This document shows, piece after piece, positions 1 through 10,260 of a stretch of 64,000 nucleotides of DNA. The stretch spans positions 29,615 to 93,614 of the forward strand of contig JAFQQE010000010.1 in the NCBI GenBank assembly GCA_017411405.1, in the 5' to 3' direction. Source of the DNA: Bacilli bacterium. Lineage in GTDB: Bacteria > Bacillota_I > Bacilli_A > RF39 > UBA660. The notes under the pieces were generated by a model. That model was not told where the DNA came from and did no database searches. It saw only the letters and a program-made list of their open reading frames with translations. A program made the position numbers and the translations under genes. Every line of letters starts with the position of its first letter. The first letter of the stretch is position 1.

Positions 1-876
1 TATTATCCATTCCAATATTATTTAAATAATCTATTGCAGCCCCTAAACCAATAGCTCCTGCTATATTTGGTGTACCTGCTTCTAATCTATTTGGCAATTC
101 TTTTAAATATATTTCATTTTCGTTATCAAAAGATTCATTCATTCCTCCACCTAAATTAATTGGTGTAAGTTTATCTAAAAACTCTTTTTTTCCATAAAGA
201 ACACCTATGCCTGTTGGTCCACACATTTTATGTCCAGAAAATGCTAAGAAATCAATATCACTTTTTTTAACATCTACTTTTTTATGAGGTACTAATTGCG
301 CTCCGTCTACAATCACAAATATATTTTTTGAATGTGCATACTTACATATTTCATCAATAGGTCTTAAATCTCCTACCACGTTAGTTATACCTGCTATACT
401 TATTAATTTTGTTTTATCTGTTATAGCTTTTTTTACATTATCCATAGTAATATGTAAAGAATCGTCTAGTTCTATATAATTAATTATACAATTATTAGTA
501 TTCGCTAATCTAAACCATGGAAGAATATTACTTGCATGTTCACTTTTAGTTAAAAGTATTTCATCACCAGGTTCTAATAAATTTTTAAAAAAACCTTCTG
601 CTACAATATTTATAGAATCTGTTGTACCACTAGTAAATACTACTTCATCAAATTCAGCATTTATGAATTCTGCAACTTTCTTACGAGAACTTAGATAAGC
701 AACATCTACTTTATAACTTATAGTATAATCTCCTCTATGTGCATTAGCAGAATAATTAAAGTAGTAATCATTCATTGCATTTATGACACTTTTAGGTTTA
801 AATGTTGTTGCTCCATTATCAAAATAAATAATATTTTTTTCTAACATTGGAAAATCTTCTCTATAATTAAACATAT
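1..876 (-). CDS. sufS: Cysteine desulfurase (SufS/NifS-like, class V aminotransferase). Partial: C-terminus lies beyond the window start.
   Basis: Manual minus-strand translation from the ATG at 876 gives MFNYREDFPMLEKNIIYFDNGATTFKPK... with the PLP-lysine motif SGHKMCGPTGIG. It is not in the ORF track because it runs off the window edge. It lies downstream of sufC and sufBD. Confidence 0.8.
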
Positions 877-890
877 TTCACCTCCACATC

Positions 891-1469
891 TTATTTATTT
901 AAAAATCCATCTATAATTAACTTTTTAGCATTATCATTATCTATACCTTTACTATTTAAATAAAATAAATAATCTTCATTTATATTCGTTATACTTACAG
1001 CATGATCCGCTATAACATTTTTGGTATTTATAAACATATTAGGTAAAACAACTGATTTACCTTCGTTTATATTTAATAAATTTACTTTTTCTAATAATTC
1101 ATTATCTTTAGTATTATCATTAACTTTACCATTTAAAGTTATATTACTTTTTCCCATATCACTTATACCGTTTATATATATTTTATTTTTAGAATTATTA
1201 CCTTTTAATTCTATATTGATATCTAAATTATATATATTATTATTAATAAAATTATGATTATATATAAATTCTGAGTTATTATTTTGTTTTATATTTATTT
1301 TTAAATTATTAGTAGTACTATTTTTACATTTATGAATTATTCTAAATTTTATATTATCTTTAATTTCTATATTAATTTCATTTATATCATTTCTATTTAT
1401 TTCACATATAGAATCTTCAACTATTACTAAGTTAATAATACTTTCCTTATCTAATAATATTTTATTCAT
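891..1469 (-). CDS. Minimal SufB/SufD-family Fe-S assembly protein (192 aa; only the C-terminal SufBD domain is present).
   Basis: The C-terminal stretch ...NVIADHAVSITNINEDYLFYLNSKGIDNDNAKKLIIDGF matches the conserved SufB/D C-terminus (AxDxxxxHgxxxGxldxxqlFYLxsRGi...GF). Its start overlaps the sufC stop. It lies between sufC and sufS. Confidence 0.6.
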   Translation of the reverse strand: MNKILLDKESIINLVIVEDSICEINRNDINEINIEIKDNIKFRIIHKCKNSTTNNLKINIKQNNNSEFIYNHNFINNNIYNLDINIELKGNNSKNKIYINGISDMGKSNITLNGKVNDNTKDNELLEKVNLLNINEGKSVVLPNMFINTKNVIADHAVSITNINEDYLFYLNSKGIDNDNAKKLIIDGFLNK

Positions 1470-2217
1470 AATCTATACTCTCACTTACTTTATTTGTCCT
1501 ATTAAATCCGTTATTTTCTATATCAAAAGCTAAAGTATGATCTTTTGATTCTATTATTTTACCATCATTTAATATATGTACGTAATTTGGTACTAATTTT
1601 TTAAGTATATTTGTATGGTGTGTAATAATTAGAAATGAAGCATTATGTGTTTCATAATATTCTTTTAAAGATTCACTTATTATATTTAAATTATCTATAT
1701 CTACACCAGAATCTATTTCGTCAAGAATTATTAAATCTGGTTCTAGTACCCATAAGTGTAATAATTCATTTTTCTTTCTTTCTCCACCTGACATATTTTC
1801 ATTTATACCACGATGTATAAAATCTTTATCTAGTTTTATTTTTTCTAAAATATTATTTACTATTTTATAAAATTCTAAAACACTATAATGTTTATTATTT
1901 TTTTGTTCTAATGCTACTCTTAACATTTCTGAGTTTTTAACACCAGGTATTTCTATAGGATTTTGATTTACTAAATAAAGTCCCATTCTAGCACGTGATA
2001 CTGTATCTTGTTTTAATAAATCAATACCTTTATAGAAAATAGAACCTTCTACAATTTTATAGGTAGGATCTCCCATCAAAACTTTACATATAGTACTTTT
2101 TCCACTTCCATTTAATCCCATTAAAGTATGTATTTCATGTTCTTTTATAGTTAAACTAAAATCTTTTAATATTATTTTATCTGAAACAGAAACAGTTAAA
2201 TTATTAATTTCTAACAT
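1462..2217 (-). CDS. sufC: Fe-S cluster assembly ATPase SufC (ABC-type).
   Basis: 251 aa. Walker A GLNGSGKST, ABC signature MSGGERKK, Walker B LIILDEIDSGVD, H-loop ITHH. Confidence 0.9.
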   Translation of the reverse strand: MLEINNLTVSVSDKIILKDFSLTIKEHEIHTLMGLNGSGKSTICKVLMGDPTYKIVEGSIFYKGIDLLKQDTVSRARMGLYLVNQNPIEIPGVKNSEMLRVALEQKNNKHYSVLEFYKIVNNILEKIKLDKDFIHRGINENMSGGERKKNELLHLWVLEPDLIILDEIDSGVDIDNLNIISESLKEYYETHNASFLIITHHTNILKKLVPNYVHILNDGKIIESKDHTLAFDIENNGFNRTNKVSESIDYE

Positions 2218-2319
2218 AACGAATCACCTAATAAGTATTTTACCACAAAATACTTATAAAATAAAAAAATATATTATAAAATAATAAAGATATTAAAAAA
2301 AAAGTTATAATTATTAATT

Positions 2320-2366
2320 AAGTATCAAAAAAGAGTGTTAACACAAATTATAGTGCTAACACTTGT
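2320..2366 (-). terminator. Rho-independent terminator (bidirectional hairpin) just after the stop of the 382-aa gene.
   Basis: Inverted repeat AGTGTTAACAC...GTGCTAACACT. On the minus strand it is followed by CTTTTTTGATAC; on the plus strand by TGTTTTTTATTTC. Confidence 0.55.
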
Positions 2367-2369
2367 TTT

Positions 2370-3518
2370 TTATTTCTTTAAAAATGGAAATATCTTTCTT
2401 TTTAATTCTAATCTTTTTTGTTTCTTTTCTTCTCTTCTTTGAATTTCTTCTTCTATTTTTTGTTTTTCTAACAATCTTGCTTCTTCTATTCTTTTTTCTT
2501 CTGCTAACTGATTTTGTCTTATTTCATATAATAAAGATTGACTCCATTCAGGACAGTTATCTATTTTAACAAATATTCTTTTAAAAATATCATATTCCTT
2601 ATCGTTTAATGCTTCATTTACGATACTTGAATTGCATTCTAAGGAATATTTATCAGCATAACTTGGCGAAAACAATCTAAAATCATGCGAATAAGAATTA
2701 TTTCTGGATGGAACAAAAATACTAGCACCAAAATGACTAATATCAACACAAAAATTTGAATTAACTGATTTTGTATCATATTTTGCATTATATTCATTTC
2801 TATAGTCATTAAAATTCATAAATTCATCATATAAATTTGATAAATCCGAACTTAATGCTGCAAAAACTTCTTTATCATAACAACATTCTGATTTAGCAAT
2901 ATATAAATCTCCATTCTCTTTTGCAAAACTAATATCTTCATAATCCCCAAAATCCCATCTTTTAAATCCAACTTTTAAAAGTCTTTTTTTATAATCAAAA
3001 TCATATATAACAATACTGCTACTATCTCCAAAATTAGCCCTTAAAATACTTTTAAATTGAGTCCTATATCTTTCTTGCATCATTTCGTAGTTATTGCGTA
3101 ATTTTTTTAACAATTGAGCAACATCATATAATGAAATACAATCACTATTTTTATTAGGTTCACAAACCAATATATTTTTTACTTCCTCAAGAATCTCAGA
3201 ACTTTTAGTGATTGGTTTATATTTTTTATATTGACTCTCCTCGTATGCTTTTGTTGATATATCTTGATTTGTATAAAAGTAAACTTTTTTATCATTCTTT
3301 GAATATTGAATAGTATTAAAAATTACATTTGGATTAGATTCAAAAACTGTTTTTAAACAATTCTCTAATGAATACTCACTTACATTTGAAATTGTTGAAA
3401 CTTTAAGATTATTTCCTATATCTTTTACTGGTAAAACAGTATCGCTATATACAATTGTCTTATTTACCACAGTAGTATGAGTTGTATGTGGTACAAATGG
3501 TACTATCGGTACGTACAT
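2370..3518 (-). CDS. Hypothetical protein with a K/E-rich coiled-coil C-terminus.
   Basis: 382-aa ORF. The C-terminal tail LAEEKRIEEARLLEKQKIEEEIQRREEKKQKRLELKRK is strongly helical and charged. No recognisable catalytic motif. Confidence 0.4.
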   Translation of the reverse strand: MYVPIVPFVPHTTHTTVVNKTIVYSDTVLPVKDIGNNLKVSTISNVSEYSLENCLKTVFESNPNVIFNTIQYSKNDKKVYFYTNQDISTKAYEESQYKKYKPITKSSEILEEVKNILVCEPNKNSDCISLYDVAQLLKKLRNNYEMMQERYRTQFKSILRANFGDSSSIVIYDFDYKKRLLKVGFKRWDFGDYEDISFAKENGDLYIAKSECCYDKEVFAALSSDLSNLYDEFMNFNDYRNEYNAKYDTKSVNSNFCVDISHFGASIFVPSRNNSYSHDFRLFSPSYADKYSLECNSSIVNEALNDKEYDIFKRIFVKIDNCPEWSQSLLYEIRQNQLAEEKRIEEARLLEKQKIEEEIQRREEKKQKRLELKRKIFPFLKK

Positions 3519-3680
3519 AATATTCCTCCTAACAAAATTTAAGTAAAGTTATTATAACACATTTTTCAATAACTGTTAATAAAAATATAAGAAAAGTAGC
3601 CAAAAATCTAAAATAATTATTGGGAAAATACTATACTTTTTATTTTTCTTTATAAAGTATTTTTCCTCATAAAAAAAGAA

Positions 3681-5057
3681 TTAGTATTTAATTCTTTCAT
3701 TTATGTAATTTACTAATTCTTCTACTTTAACTTTTTCTTGTTCCATAGTATCTCTATCTCTTACAGTAACTATTCCACTTTCTAATGTTTCATCATCTAT
3801 AGTTATTGCAAATGGTGTACCAATAGCATCGCATCTTCTATAACGTTTACCAATGCTTGCAGTTTCATCATAAGATGTATTAAATTCTTTAGATAAATTT
3901 CTATATATTTCTAATGCTTTTTCACTATGTATTTTTTTTATTAATGGTAAAACTGTAGCTTTTATTGGTGCTAAGTATGGATGTATTTTTAATACTTCTC
4001 TTTCATCATTTTCAATTATTTCTTTTTTATAAGCATCACATAATACTGCTAAGAATAATCTATCTAATCCTACACTTGGTTCTACAACATAAGGAATATA
4101 TTTTTCATTAGTTTCAGGATCAAGGTATCTTAAATCTTGTTTAGAATGTTCCATATGCACACTTAAATCATAATCTGTTCTATCAGCTATTCCCCATAGT
4201 TCTCCCCATCCAATTGGATATAAATATTCTATATCAGTTGTAGCCTTACTATAAAATGATAACTCTTCTTTTTTATGATCTCTAAATCTTAAATTTTTTT
4301 CTTCTATTCCTAAACTTTTTAGGAATTCCATACAAAAATTTTTATAATAAGCAAACCATTCTAAATCTGTATTTGGTTTACAAAAGAATTCTAATTCCAT
4401 TTGTTCAAATTCTCTTGTTCTAAATATGAAGTTTCCTGGAGTTATTTCATTTCTAAAACTTTTACCTGTTTGTCCTATACCAAAAGGAAGTTTTGCTCTC
4501 ATTGTTCTTTGTACATTTAAAAAGTTAGTAAATATACCTTGTGCAGTTTCTCCTCTTAGATAACAAATACTTTTTGAATCATCTGTAACTCCAATATGAG
4601 TTTCAAATAATAGATTAAACTTTCTTATATCTGTAAAATCTTTGCTACCGCATTTTGGACAAGATATTTCATTTTCTTTAATGAATTTTTCTAATTCTTC
4701 GTTGCTCCATCCATCTCCAGTTTCTGAACCGTTAGTAAATTCTTCTACTAATTTATCTGCTCTATATCTAGCTTTACATTTTTTACAATCCATTAAAGGA
4801 TCTGCAAAACTTGTAACATGTCCACTTGCAACCCATACATTCGGATTCATTAAGATAGCAGCATCCAATCCATAATTATATTGATTTTCTTGTATAAATT
4901 TTTTCCACCAAGCACGTCTAATATTCTCTTTTAATTCTTTTCCTAAAGGACCGTAATCCCAAGTATTTGATAAACCTCCATATATTTCACTACCTTGAAA
5001 TATAAATCCATATTGTTTTGAATAATTTACTATATCTTCCATATTTTTAATTGCCAT
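3681..5057 (-). CDS. glyQS: Glycyl-tRNA synthetase, homodimeric alpha2 form.
   Basis: 458 aa. Class II aaRS core with motif 2/3 regions ([25 protein letters not shown]) and a C-terminal anticodon-binding domain. Length and sequence are typical of Firmicute GlyQS. Confidence 0.9.
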   Translation of the reverse strand: MAIKNMEDIVNYSKQYGFIFQGSEIYGGLSNTWDYGPLGKELKENIRRAWWKKFIQENQYNYGLDAAILMNPNVWVASGHVTSFADPLMDCKKCKARYRADKLVEEFTNGSETGDGWSNEELEKFIKENEISCPKCGSKDFTDIRKFNLLFETHIGVTDDSKSICYLRGETAQGIFTNFLNVQRTMRAKLPFGIGQTGKSFRNEITPGNFIFRTREFEQMELEFFCKPNTDLEWFAYYKNFCMEFLKSLGIEEKNLRFRDHKKEELSFYSKATTDIEYLYPIGWGELWGIADRTDYDLSVHMEHSKQDLRYLDPETNEKYIPYVVEPSVGLDRLFLAVLCDAYKKEIIENDEREVLKIHPYLAPIKATVLPLIKKIHSEKALEIYRNLSKEFNTSYDETASIGKRYRRCDAIGTPFAITIDDETLESGIVTVRDRDTMEQEKVKVEELVNYINERIKY

Positions 5058-5068
5058 AATTTCACTCC

Positions 5069-5635
5069 TTATTTAAATTTTTTAGATAGATTATAATTCT
5101 TTTTATAATCCTCTACAATACTCTCTAATTCTTCTAAATTTGTAACTACTTGATAACAATCACTTAAATCATCTTTAAAGAATTTTGTATCAATATTATC
5201 TTTTGTAAACTTTAATATGTCATCATAATAACCATCTAAGTTATATAAAATAATTCTCTTATTTCCTCCTGATGATCTATATTCTTCAATAGCGCATGTA
5301 AATTCTGCTAATGTTCCTATACCACCAGGTAAGATTACTACTATATCACTTGCAAAATACATTTTTCTAAATCTTAATAGTGTATCATTAACTTTAACAC
5401 ATTTTGCTTTTGGTATTCTCAAAAAATCTCGTTCCCATTTTGGTACTGTATATGCATATATCTTTCTTTTATATTTTACAAATGTTTTATAACATTCCCC
5501 CATCATTGAATAGTGCCCTGCTCCAAATAATAAATCAAAATTATTTTTTGCAAAAATTTCAGATACTTCTCTTGCTAAATTCATATATTTTTCTTCTAAA
5601 TCTAAATTTGCAGCACTTGCAATAAATACTTTCAT
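5069..5635 (-). CDS. LOG-family (TIGR00730) cytokinin riboside 5'-monophosphate phosphoribohydrolase-like protein.
   Basis: 188 aa with the [12 protein letters not shown] signature of LOG/YvdD proteins. Only 11 bp separate it from glyQS, so the two are probably co-transcribed. Confidence 0.8.
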   Translation of the reverse strand: MKVFIASAANLDLEEKYMNLAREVSEIFAKNNFDLLFGAGHYSMMGECYKTFVKYKRKIYAYTVPKWERDFLRIPKAKCVKVNDTLLRFRKMYFASDIVVILPGGIGTLAEFTCAIEEYRSSGGNKRIILYNLDGYYDDILKFTKDNIDTKFFKDDLSDCYQVVTNLEELESIVEDYKKNYNLSKKFK

Positions 5636-5639
5636 AAAT

Positions 5640-5835
5640 CCTCCTTTTTACAATAAAAAAAAGACTTTATTATAGGGGCAATTATAATCGCTGTTCCACC
5701 CTACTTTGGTCTCTTTATTTTTCATAGCTCTGAATTTTCCACATCCGTCATCGCTTACACAATATATTTTATTATAAATTTTCCATTTTGTAAATAAATA
5801 TGTTATATTAATTGTGGTGATTTTGTATGAAATTA
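5640..5835 (-). promoter_or_regulatory. Candidate T-box leader (glycine-responsive) upstream of the LOG-glyQS bicistron.
   Basis: The minus-strand RNA contains AGUAGGGUGGAACAGCG (coordinates about 5689-5704). This matches 12 of 13 positions of the T-box consensus AGGGUGGNACCGCG. It is followed by an AU stem (AUUAUA...UAUAAU) plus a U8 run immediately before the RBS AAAGGAGGAT of the LOG gene. A GGA-containing candidate specifier region lies upstream. Confidence 0.4.
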
Positions 5836-6174
5836 GTTGGAGAATCATATTTAGAAATTAAAAAAAGTAAATTTTATGGTTATTTATATGAAATAGATTC
5901 ATTAGATGAAGTAGATGTTATATTGGAAAATATAAAAAAAGAAAATAAAAAAGCTAGACATTTTCCATATGCTTATAAAATAAATAATACTGCAAAAAAG
6001 ACTGATGACAAAGAACCTAGTGGTACTTGTGGCACACCACTTTTAAATGTATTAGAAAGAAACAATTTAAATAATCATTTAATAGTTGTTGTTAGATATT
6101 TTGGAGGAGTAAAATTAGGTGCTGGTCCATTGCTTAGAAGTTATAGTAAAGTTGCAAATGATGTTATAAAATAA
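5827..6174 (+). CDS. IMPACT/YigZ-family protein, N-terminal UPF0029 domain only (115 aa).
   Basis: Motifs KSKFYGY, HFPYAYK and EPSGTCG, plus VVVRYFGGVKLGAGPLLRSY, are typical of the YigZ N-domain. Confidence 0.7.
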   Translation: MKLVGESYLEIKKSKFYGYLYEIDSLDEVDVILENIKKENKKARHFPYAYKINNTAKKTDDKEPSGTCGTPLLNVLERNNLNNHLIVVVRYFGGVKLGAGPLLRSYSKVANDVIK

Positions 6175-6206
6175 AGTATTATGAATAGTATTTATTAGGT
6201 GATCTA

Positions 6207-6569
6207 ATGAATACTTTTTATAAATATTTAAAATCTTTAATTATATTTATGAGTTCTATTATAATTATTCCTTTCTTTTTAAGTTTATTTAATTTATTAA
6301 AATTAGAAACAAATAAAATAATGATAATTATTATAGGTAGTATACTTATGTTTATAATAGGATTTATACTTGGTAGAAAAAGTAATAGTAAAGGATATTT
6401 AAATGGATTATTATTATCAGTAATATGTATTTTTATATTAGTTATACTTTCTTTGATATTTAGATTTTCTTTAAATATTAATACTTTAATTTATTATGTG
6501 ATATTAGTAATTAGTACTGTATTTGGTTCTATGTTAGGAATTAATAAGAAAGTAAAAAACAAAGTTTAA
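6207..6569 (+). CDS. Small integral membrane protein (3-4 TM helices).
   Basis: 120 aa and very hydrophobic. No known motif recognised. Confidence 0.4.
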   Translation: MNTFYKYLKSLIIFMSSIIIIPFFLSLFNLLKLETNKIMIIIIGSILMFIIGFILGRKSNSKGYLNGLLLSVICIFILVILSLIFRFSLNINTLIYYVILVISTVFGSMLGINKKVKNKV

Positions 6570-7339
6570 TCTTTGTTTTTATTATATTTTTTTATTTTAA
6601 CATTTTGTATATGATAATTTATTCTAAGTAGTAATTTAGTTGGAACTAATCTTGTTAGAAATACTGCTAATTTTATTTTAATAGTTGGTATTATTACAAG
6701 TTTATTTTTAAACATTTTATCTATCGCATAACGTGCTACATATTCACTTGTAGCACTTTTTGTATTAAAACTACCACCTGCAACTTTATTAAAATTAGTT
6801 TCTACTGGTCCTGGACAAAGTACAGATATTTTTACATTAGAATTCATATGTCTTAATTCTTCATATATTGCTAAACTACTTTTTAATACATAATTCTTAG
6901 TAGAATAATATGTAGAAAGTTTAGGTCCGGCCATAAATCCTGCTGAAGATGCTACATTTAAAATATACCCTTTATCTCTTTTTATAAAATCTTTTAAAAA
7001 TAATTTAGTTAATATATGTACTGCAATAATATTTACATTTATCATATTTAATTCTTTTTCTAAATCTGTTTCATAGAAATTACCAAATAAACCAAAACCA
7101 GCATTATTTATTAATATATCTATGTTTTCATCTTTTGTAATATCATATAATTTAAAAACATTTTCTTTTATACTTAAATCTAAATCATATACAGTTGCTT
7201 TACTTTTACATTTTTCTTTTACTTTTTTTAATTCATCTAGATTTCTACCTACTAAAATTAAATCAATACCTTTATCTGATAAGTAATAAGCCATATCTCT
7301 ACCTATTCCACTAGAGGCTCCTGTTATAAGTGCTTTCAT
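6566..7339 (-). CDS. Short-chain dehydrogenase/reductase (SDR) family oxidoreductase.
   Basis: N-terminal TGASSGIGR Rossmann motif, NNAG, and a catalytic YxxxK region (YYSTK). Confidence 0.85.
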   Translation of the reverse strand: MKALITGASSGIGRDMAYYLSDKGIDLILVGRNLDELKKVKEKCKSKATVYDLDLSIKENVFKLYDITKDENIDILINNAGFGLFGNFYETDLEKELNMINVNIIAVHILTKLFLKDFIKRDKGYILNVASSAGFMAGPKLSTYYSTKNYVLKSSLAIYEELRHMNSNVKISVLCPGPVETNFNKVAGGSFNTKSATSEYVARYAIDKMFKNKLVIIPTIKIKLAVFLTRLVPTKLLLRINYHIQNVKIKKYNKNKD

Positions 7340-7947
7340 AAAATCTTCTTCCTTTCTATTATATCTATTGCTAATAATAATATTGCAAGTGCTAATGTAA
7401 ACCCTGCTATTACATCACTAAAATAGTGTACTCCTAAATATATTCTACTTATCATAATTAATAATATAAGTAATGATAATAAACTAATTATTATTATTTT
7501 GTATATTTTATCTAATTTACTCTTATTAACTATATAGATTATAAAACCATATAAAATAACACTAACCATAGTATGTCCACTAGGAAAAGAAAATGATGTT
7601 TCTTCTACTAAATTAATCAATATAGGTCTATCTCTTCTTATTATAATTTTTATTAAATGATTAATAATAGTTTCTATAATTATTAGTATATTTATAATAA
7701 TAGGTATTTTATAATTAAATATACTTAATATAAATAATATTAACATTAAAAGTAATATAAAATTCGTACTAGCTAAAAATGTAATATTTTTCATAATATT
7801 TGTTATATTATCATTTTTTATACTTATTATAATTTTATAAAAATAATCATCAATAAATTCTAATTTATTAAATTTATACAAAATTAATAATACTAAAAAT
7901 AATGCAGTTAATAATATATACCATATTTTTCTTTTCATAATTATCAC
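7336..7947 (-). CDS. PAP2-family phosphatase (membrane phosphatidic acid phosphatase type 2 / undecaprenyl-PP phosphatase-like).
   Basis: PAP2 motifs KxxxxxxRP (IIIRRDRP), PSGH (FPSGHTM) and SRxxxxxHxxxD (SRIYLGVHYFSDV). Confidence 0.8.
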   Translation of the reverse strand: MIIMKRKIWYILLTALFLVLLILYKFNKLEFIDDYFYKIIISIKNDNITNIMKNITFLASTNFILLLMLILFILSIFNYKIPIIINILIIIETIINHLIKIIIRRDRPILINLVEETSFSFPSGHTMVSVILYGFIIYIVNKSKLDKIYKIIIISLLSLLILLIMISRIYLGVHYFSDVIAGFTLALAILLLAIDIIERKKIL

Positions 7948-8000
7948 TATTTTATTATAGCATACATTTCCAAAATAAAAAGAAATATCAACCGATATTT

Positions 8001-8366
8001 CTAGTATAATTTTTTACATAAAGTTTTTGGCTTTTCAGTTTCTAAATATTGATTAGCTTTTATTAAAAATTCTTGGTTTGATAGAGTATTTATATCTTCA
8101 AAAATCGAATTTTCGATTCTGAAATCATGATATTTTTCTATAATATCGCCATTTTCATCAATTAGCCAGTGGTCGTGTGTTTTTTCTGAATCAGATTTTA
8201 TATATAAAGCATATTCCCCGTTGCCAATTTCTCTTACTGTATAATCATTTTGTCCATAAGTACCGTTCGAATATTCCCTAGTACCATCATAAGGATTTTC
8301 TACAGGTGTTTCATATTGACTTTCTCTAGCTGTATCTATATTTCCATCCCATGGTTCCCCTTTCAT
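8001..8366 (-). CDS. Hypothetical acidic protein.
   Basis: 121-aa ORF with a 4-bp overlap to the upstream gene. No recognisable domain. Confidence 0.35.
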   Translation of the reverse strand: MKGEPWDGNIDTARESQYETPVENPYDGTREYSNGTYGQNDYTVREIGNGEYALYIKSDSEKTHDHWLIDENGDIIEKYHDFRIENSIFEDINTLSNQEFLIKANQYLETEKPKTLCKKLY

Positions 8367-8692
8367 TTATTCTTACCTCCTTTCAAAATTAATTTATTTC
8401 TAATGTATATCCCTTTCAGTTTACCATTTTCTATATGATAACTGTAATCATCTCCATAATTAAATAGTCCATTTTCCATAGATACATAAAACAATTCTAT
8501 GTCAGTATATTTAAGTTCAGGATTAATTGCATTTTGTAATAAAATATATTCTTCTTTTGTCAAATTACTAACATCAAATTCAAAAGAGTGTTCTGCTTTA
8601 TAGTCTATTATTGGTAAAGTTAAAGTAATAACTTTTTGAGTTTTTGCATTTTCTATATCAATATCAACTTCTCCTATTATTCTTTTTTGCAT
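8363..8692 (-). CDS. Hypothetical protein.
   Basis: 109-aa ORF, translationally coupled to the 8001-8366 gene. Confidence 0.35.
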   Translation of the reverse strand: MQKRIIGEVDIDIENAKTQKVITLTLPIIDYKAEHSFEFDVSNLTKEEYILLQNAINPELKYTDIELFYVSMENGLFNYGDDYSYHIENGKLKGIYIRNKLILKGGKNK

Positions 8693-8709
8693 ATTATTAC
8701 ACTTCCTTT

Positions 8710-9459
8710 TTAGTCTTTATATTTTAGATTATTATATTCTTTAATAGAAAGTTTCAAACCTAGTTCTCCTCTTAAATCTTGATCAAATATATGATTTGTT
8801 TTATATATTAAAGATTTCATTTCCCTCAAATAAGGATATTTATTAAAATATAAAATTAATGGATATTTTGAAGTTTCTATATTATAATTTTTTATGATTG
8901 TAAATAAATAATCATTTTTAAAATAATTTTTTATTTTTATATTATCTGTCAATCCAATAAATTTTAAAATTTTTTTTATGGATACTATATTTGCTTGCCT
9001 TTCCATAGGATTTATATTATATAAAATTCTATTATAGTAATCTAAATTTTTATCTTTAATTGCATATTCCCAGTCCTGTACTCTTAAATATATTTTAGTT
9101 TCTAAATCATTATTTAATCTTATTTTCCTTTCTTGATTCACATGTTCTAATTCATGTAACAAAATCTTTAATATTTGTAAATTAACTAATAAAAATTTTA
9201 TTTTAGGTTCATTTATATTTTCAGGTAGATTATTTATAATATATAAAATCATTTTTTGAAAATTAATATTAATTGTTTTCTTATTTATATTATAATTAGC
9301 AAGATTATTATCTTTATAATTAGTAATATTAATACTTTCTACATATTCATTTAAAGAATAATAATCTACTAATGATTTTAATAAATTAATAATTATATTT
9401 TCATCTATTATTTTTTGATTCTTAGAAATAGAATATATATTTTTAAATAAATCTTCCAT
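8710..9459 (-). CDS. Hypothetical protein with an HExxH motif (possible zinc metallopeptidase-like).
   Basis: 249 aa containing LLHELEHVNQE (HExxH). Otherwise low-complexity and N/K/I-rich. Confidence 0.35.
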   Translation of the reverse strand: MEDLFKNIYSISKNQKIIDENIIINLLKSLVDYYSLNEYVESINITNYKDNNLANYNINKKTININFQKMILYIINNLPENINEPKIKFLLVNLQILKILLHELEHVNQERKIRLNNDLETKIYLRVQDWEYAIKDKNLDYYNRILYNINPMERQANIVSIKKILKFIGLTDNIKIKNYFKNDYLFTIIKNYNIETSKYPLILYFNKYPYLREMKSLIYKTNHIFDQDLRGELGLKLSIKEYNNLKYKD

Positions 9460-9625
9460 AATATTTATTCCTTTAGTTTCCTTATATCATAAATAATTTA
9501 TTTTTCACGCTTTTGTATTTTAATTATTAGATTTATTGTTTTAATTATATTTTTTTTCTATATTTTTATATTTCTTTTACTTTTAGACATATTTAAGATA
9601 TTTTTAGACAAAATAAAAGAAATAC

Positions 9626-10228
9626 TTATTTTGTATTTCCTTCTAATTTTAATACTTTTACATCATAATTTTTTTGTTCTTTTTTATATATACAAATCAA
9701 TTTATAAAATAACACTAAACTATCTTTTAAATATTTATCTGGTACTTGAATAATTAAATCATCATTATCTATTGTTATATTTCCAATTATTTTTTTATAG
9801 TATTTACTAATTATATCTATTTCAAATTTATCTTTATGAATTATTTCTTTATAATTCATTGAACTTAAACGAAGTTTAGTATTTTCTATTAAAATATTTG
9901 AATATTTTTCTTTTATAAGATTATTCAAAGTTTTTAAATCTAATAAATCATTAGCTAAATTATTATTTTTTAGACTATTTAATATTTCAGTTATGATTGT
10001 TATTTCTTCTTCTTTTGTAAGTTTTATTCTTTCTTTATTATTGTTTTCTGTAATATTTTTAGTAAAAATTACATTATTATTTTTTATTAGTAATCTTTCT
10101 AATAATTCTCGTTCTCTTGATGTTTTTATTCTTTTTATTTCTGTAATTAATCTATTACAATTAATTATGTATATATAGTCATTTTCATAATAGCGAATAC
10201 CTAAATCTTGTGTATCTACTTTTAACAT
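9626..10228 (-). CDS. Hypothetical protein.
   Basis: 200-aa ORF with no recognisable motif. Confidence 0.35.
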   Translation of the reverse strand: MLKVDTQDLGIRYYENDYIYIINCNRLITEIKRIKTSRERELLERLLIKNNNVIFTKNITENNNKERIKLTKEEEITIITEILNSLKNNNLANDLLDLKTLNNLIKEKYSNILIENTKLRLSSMNYKEIIHKDKFEIDIISKYYKKIIGNITIDNDDLIIQVPDKYLKDSLVLFYKLICIYKKEQKNYDVKVLKLEGNTK

Positions 10229-10260
10229 AATGTCATCCTTTCTTTTAGAAAATAAAAAAA

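Noticed and set aside
5648-5848. 66-aa minus-strand ORF from the track.
   Set aside because: It lies entirely inside the putative T-box leader/promoter region between LOG and yigZ. It has no RBS and a Cys-rich odd composition, so it is probably non-coding.
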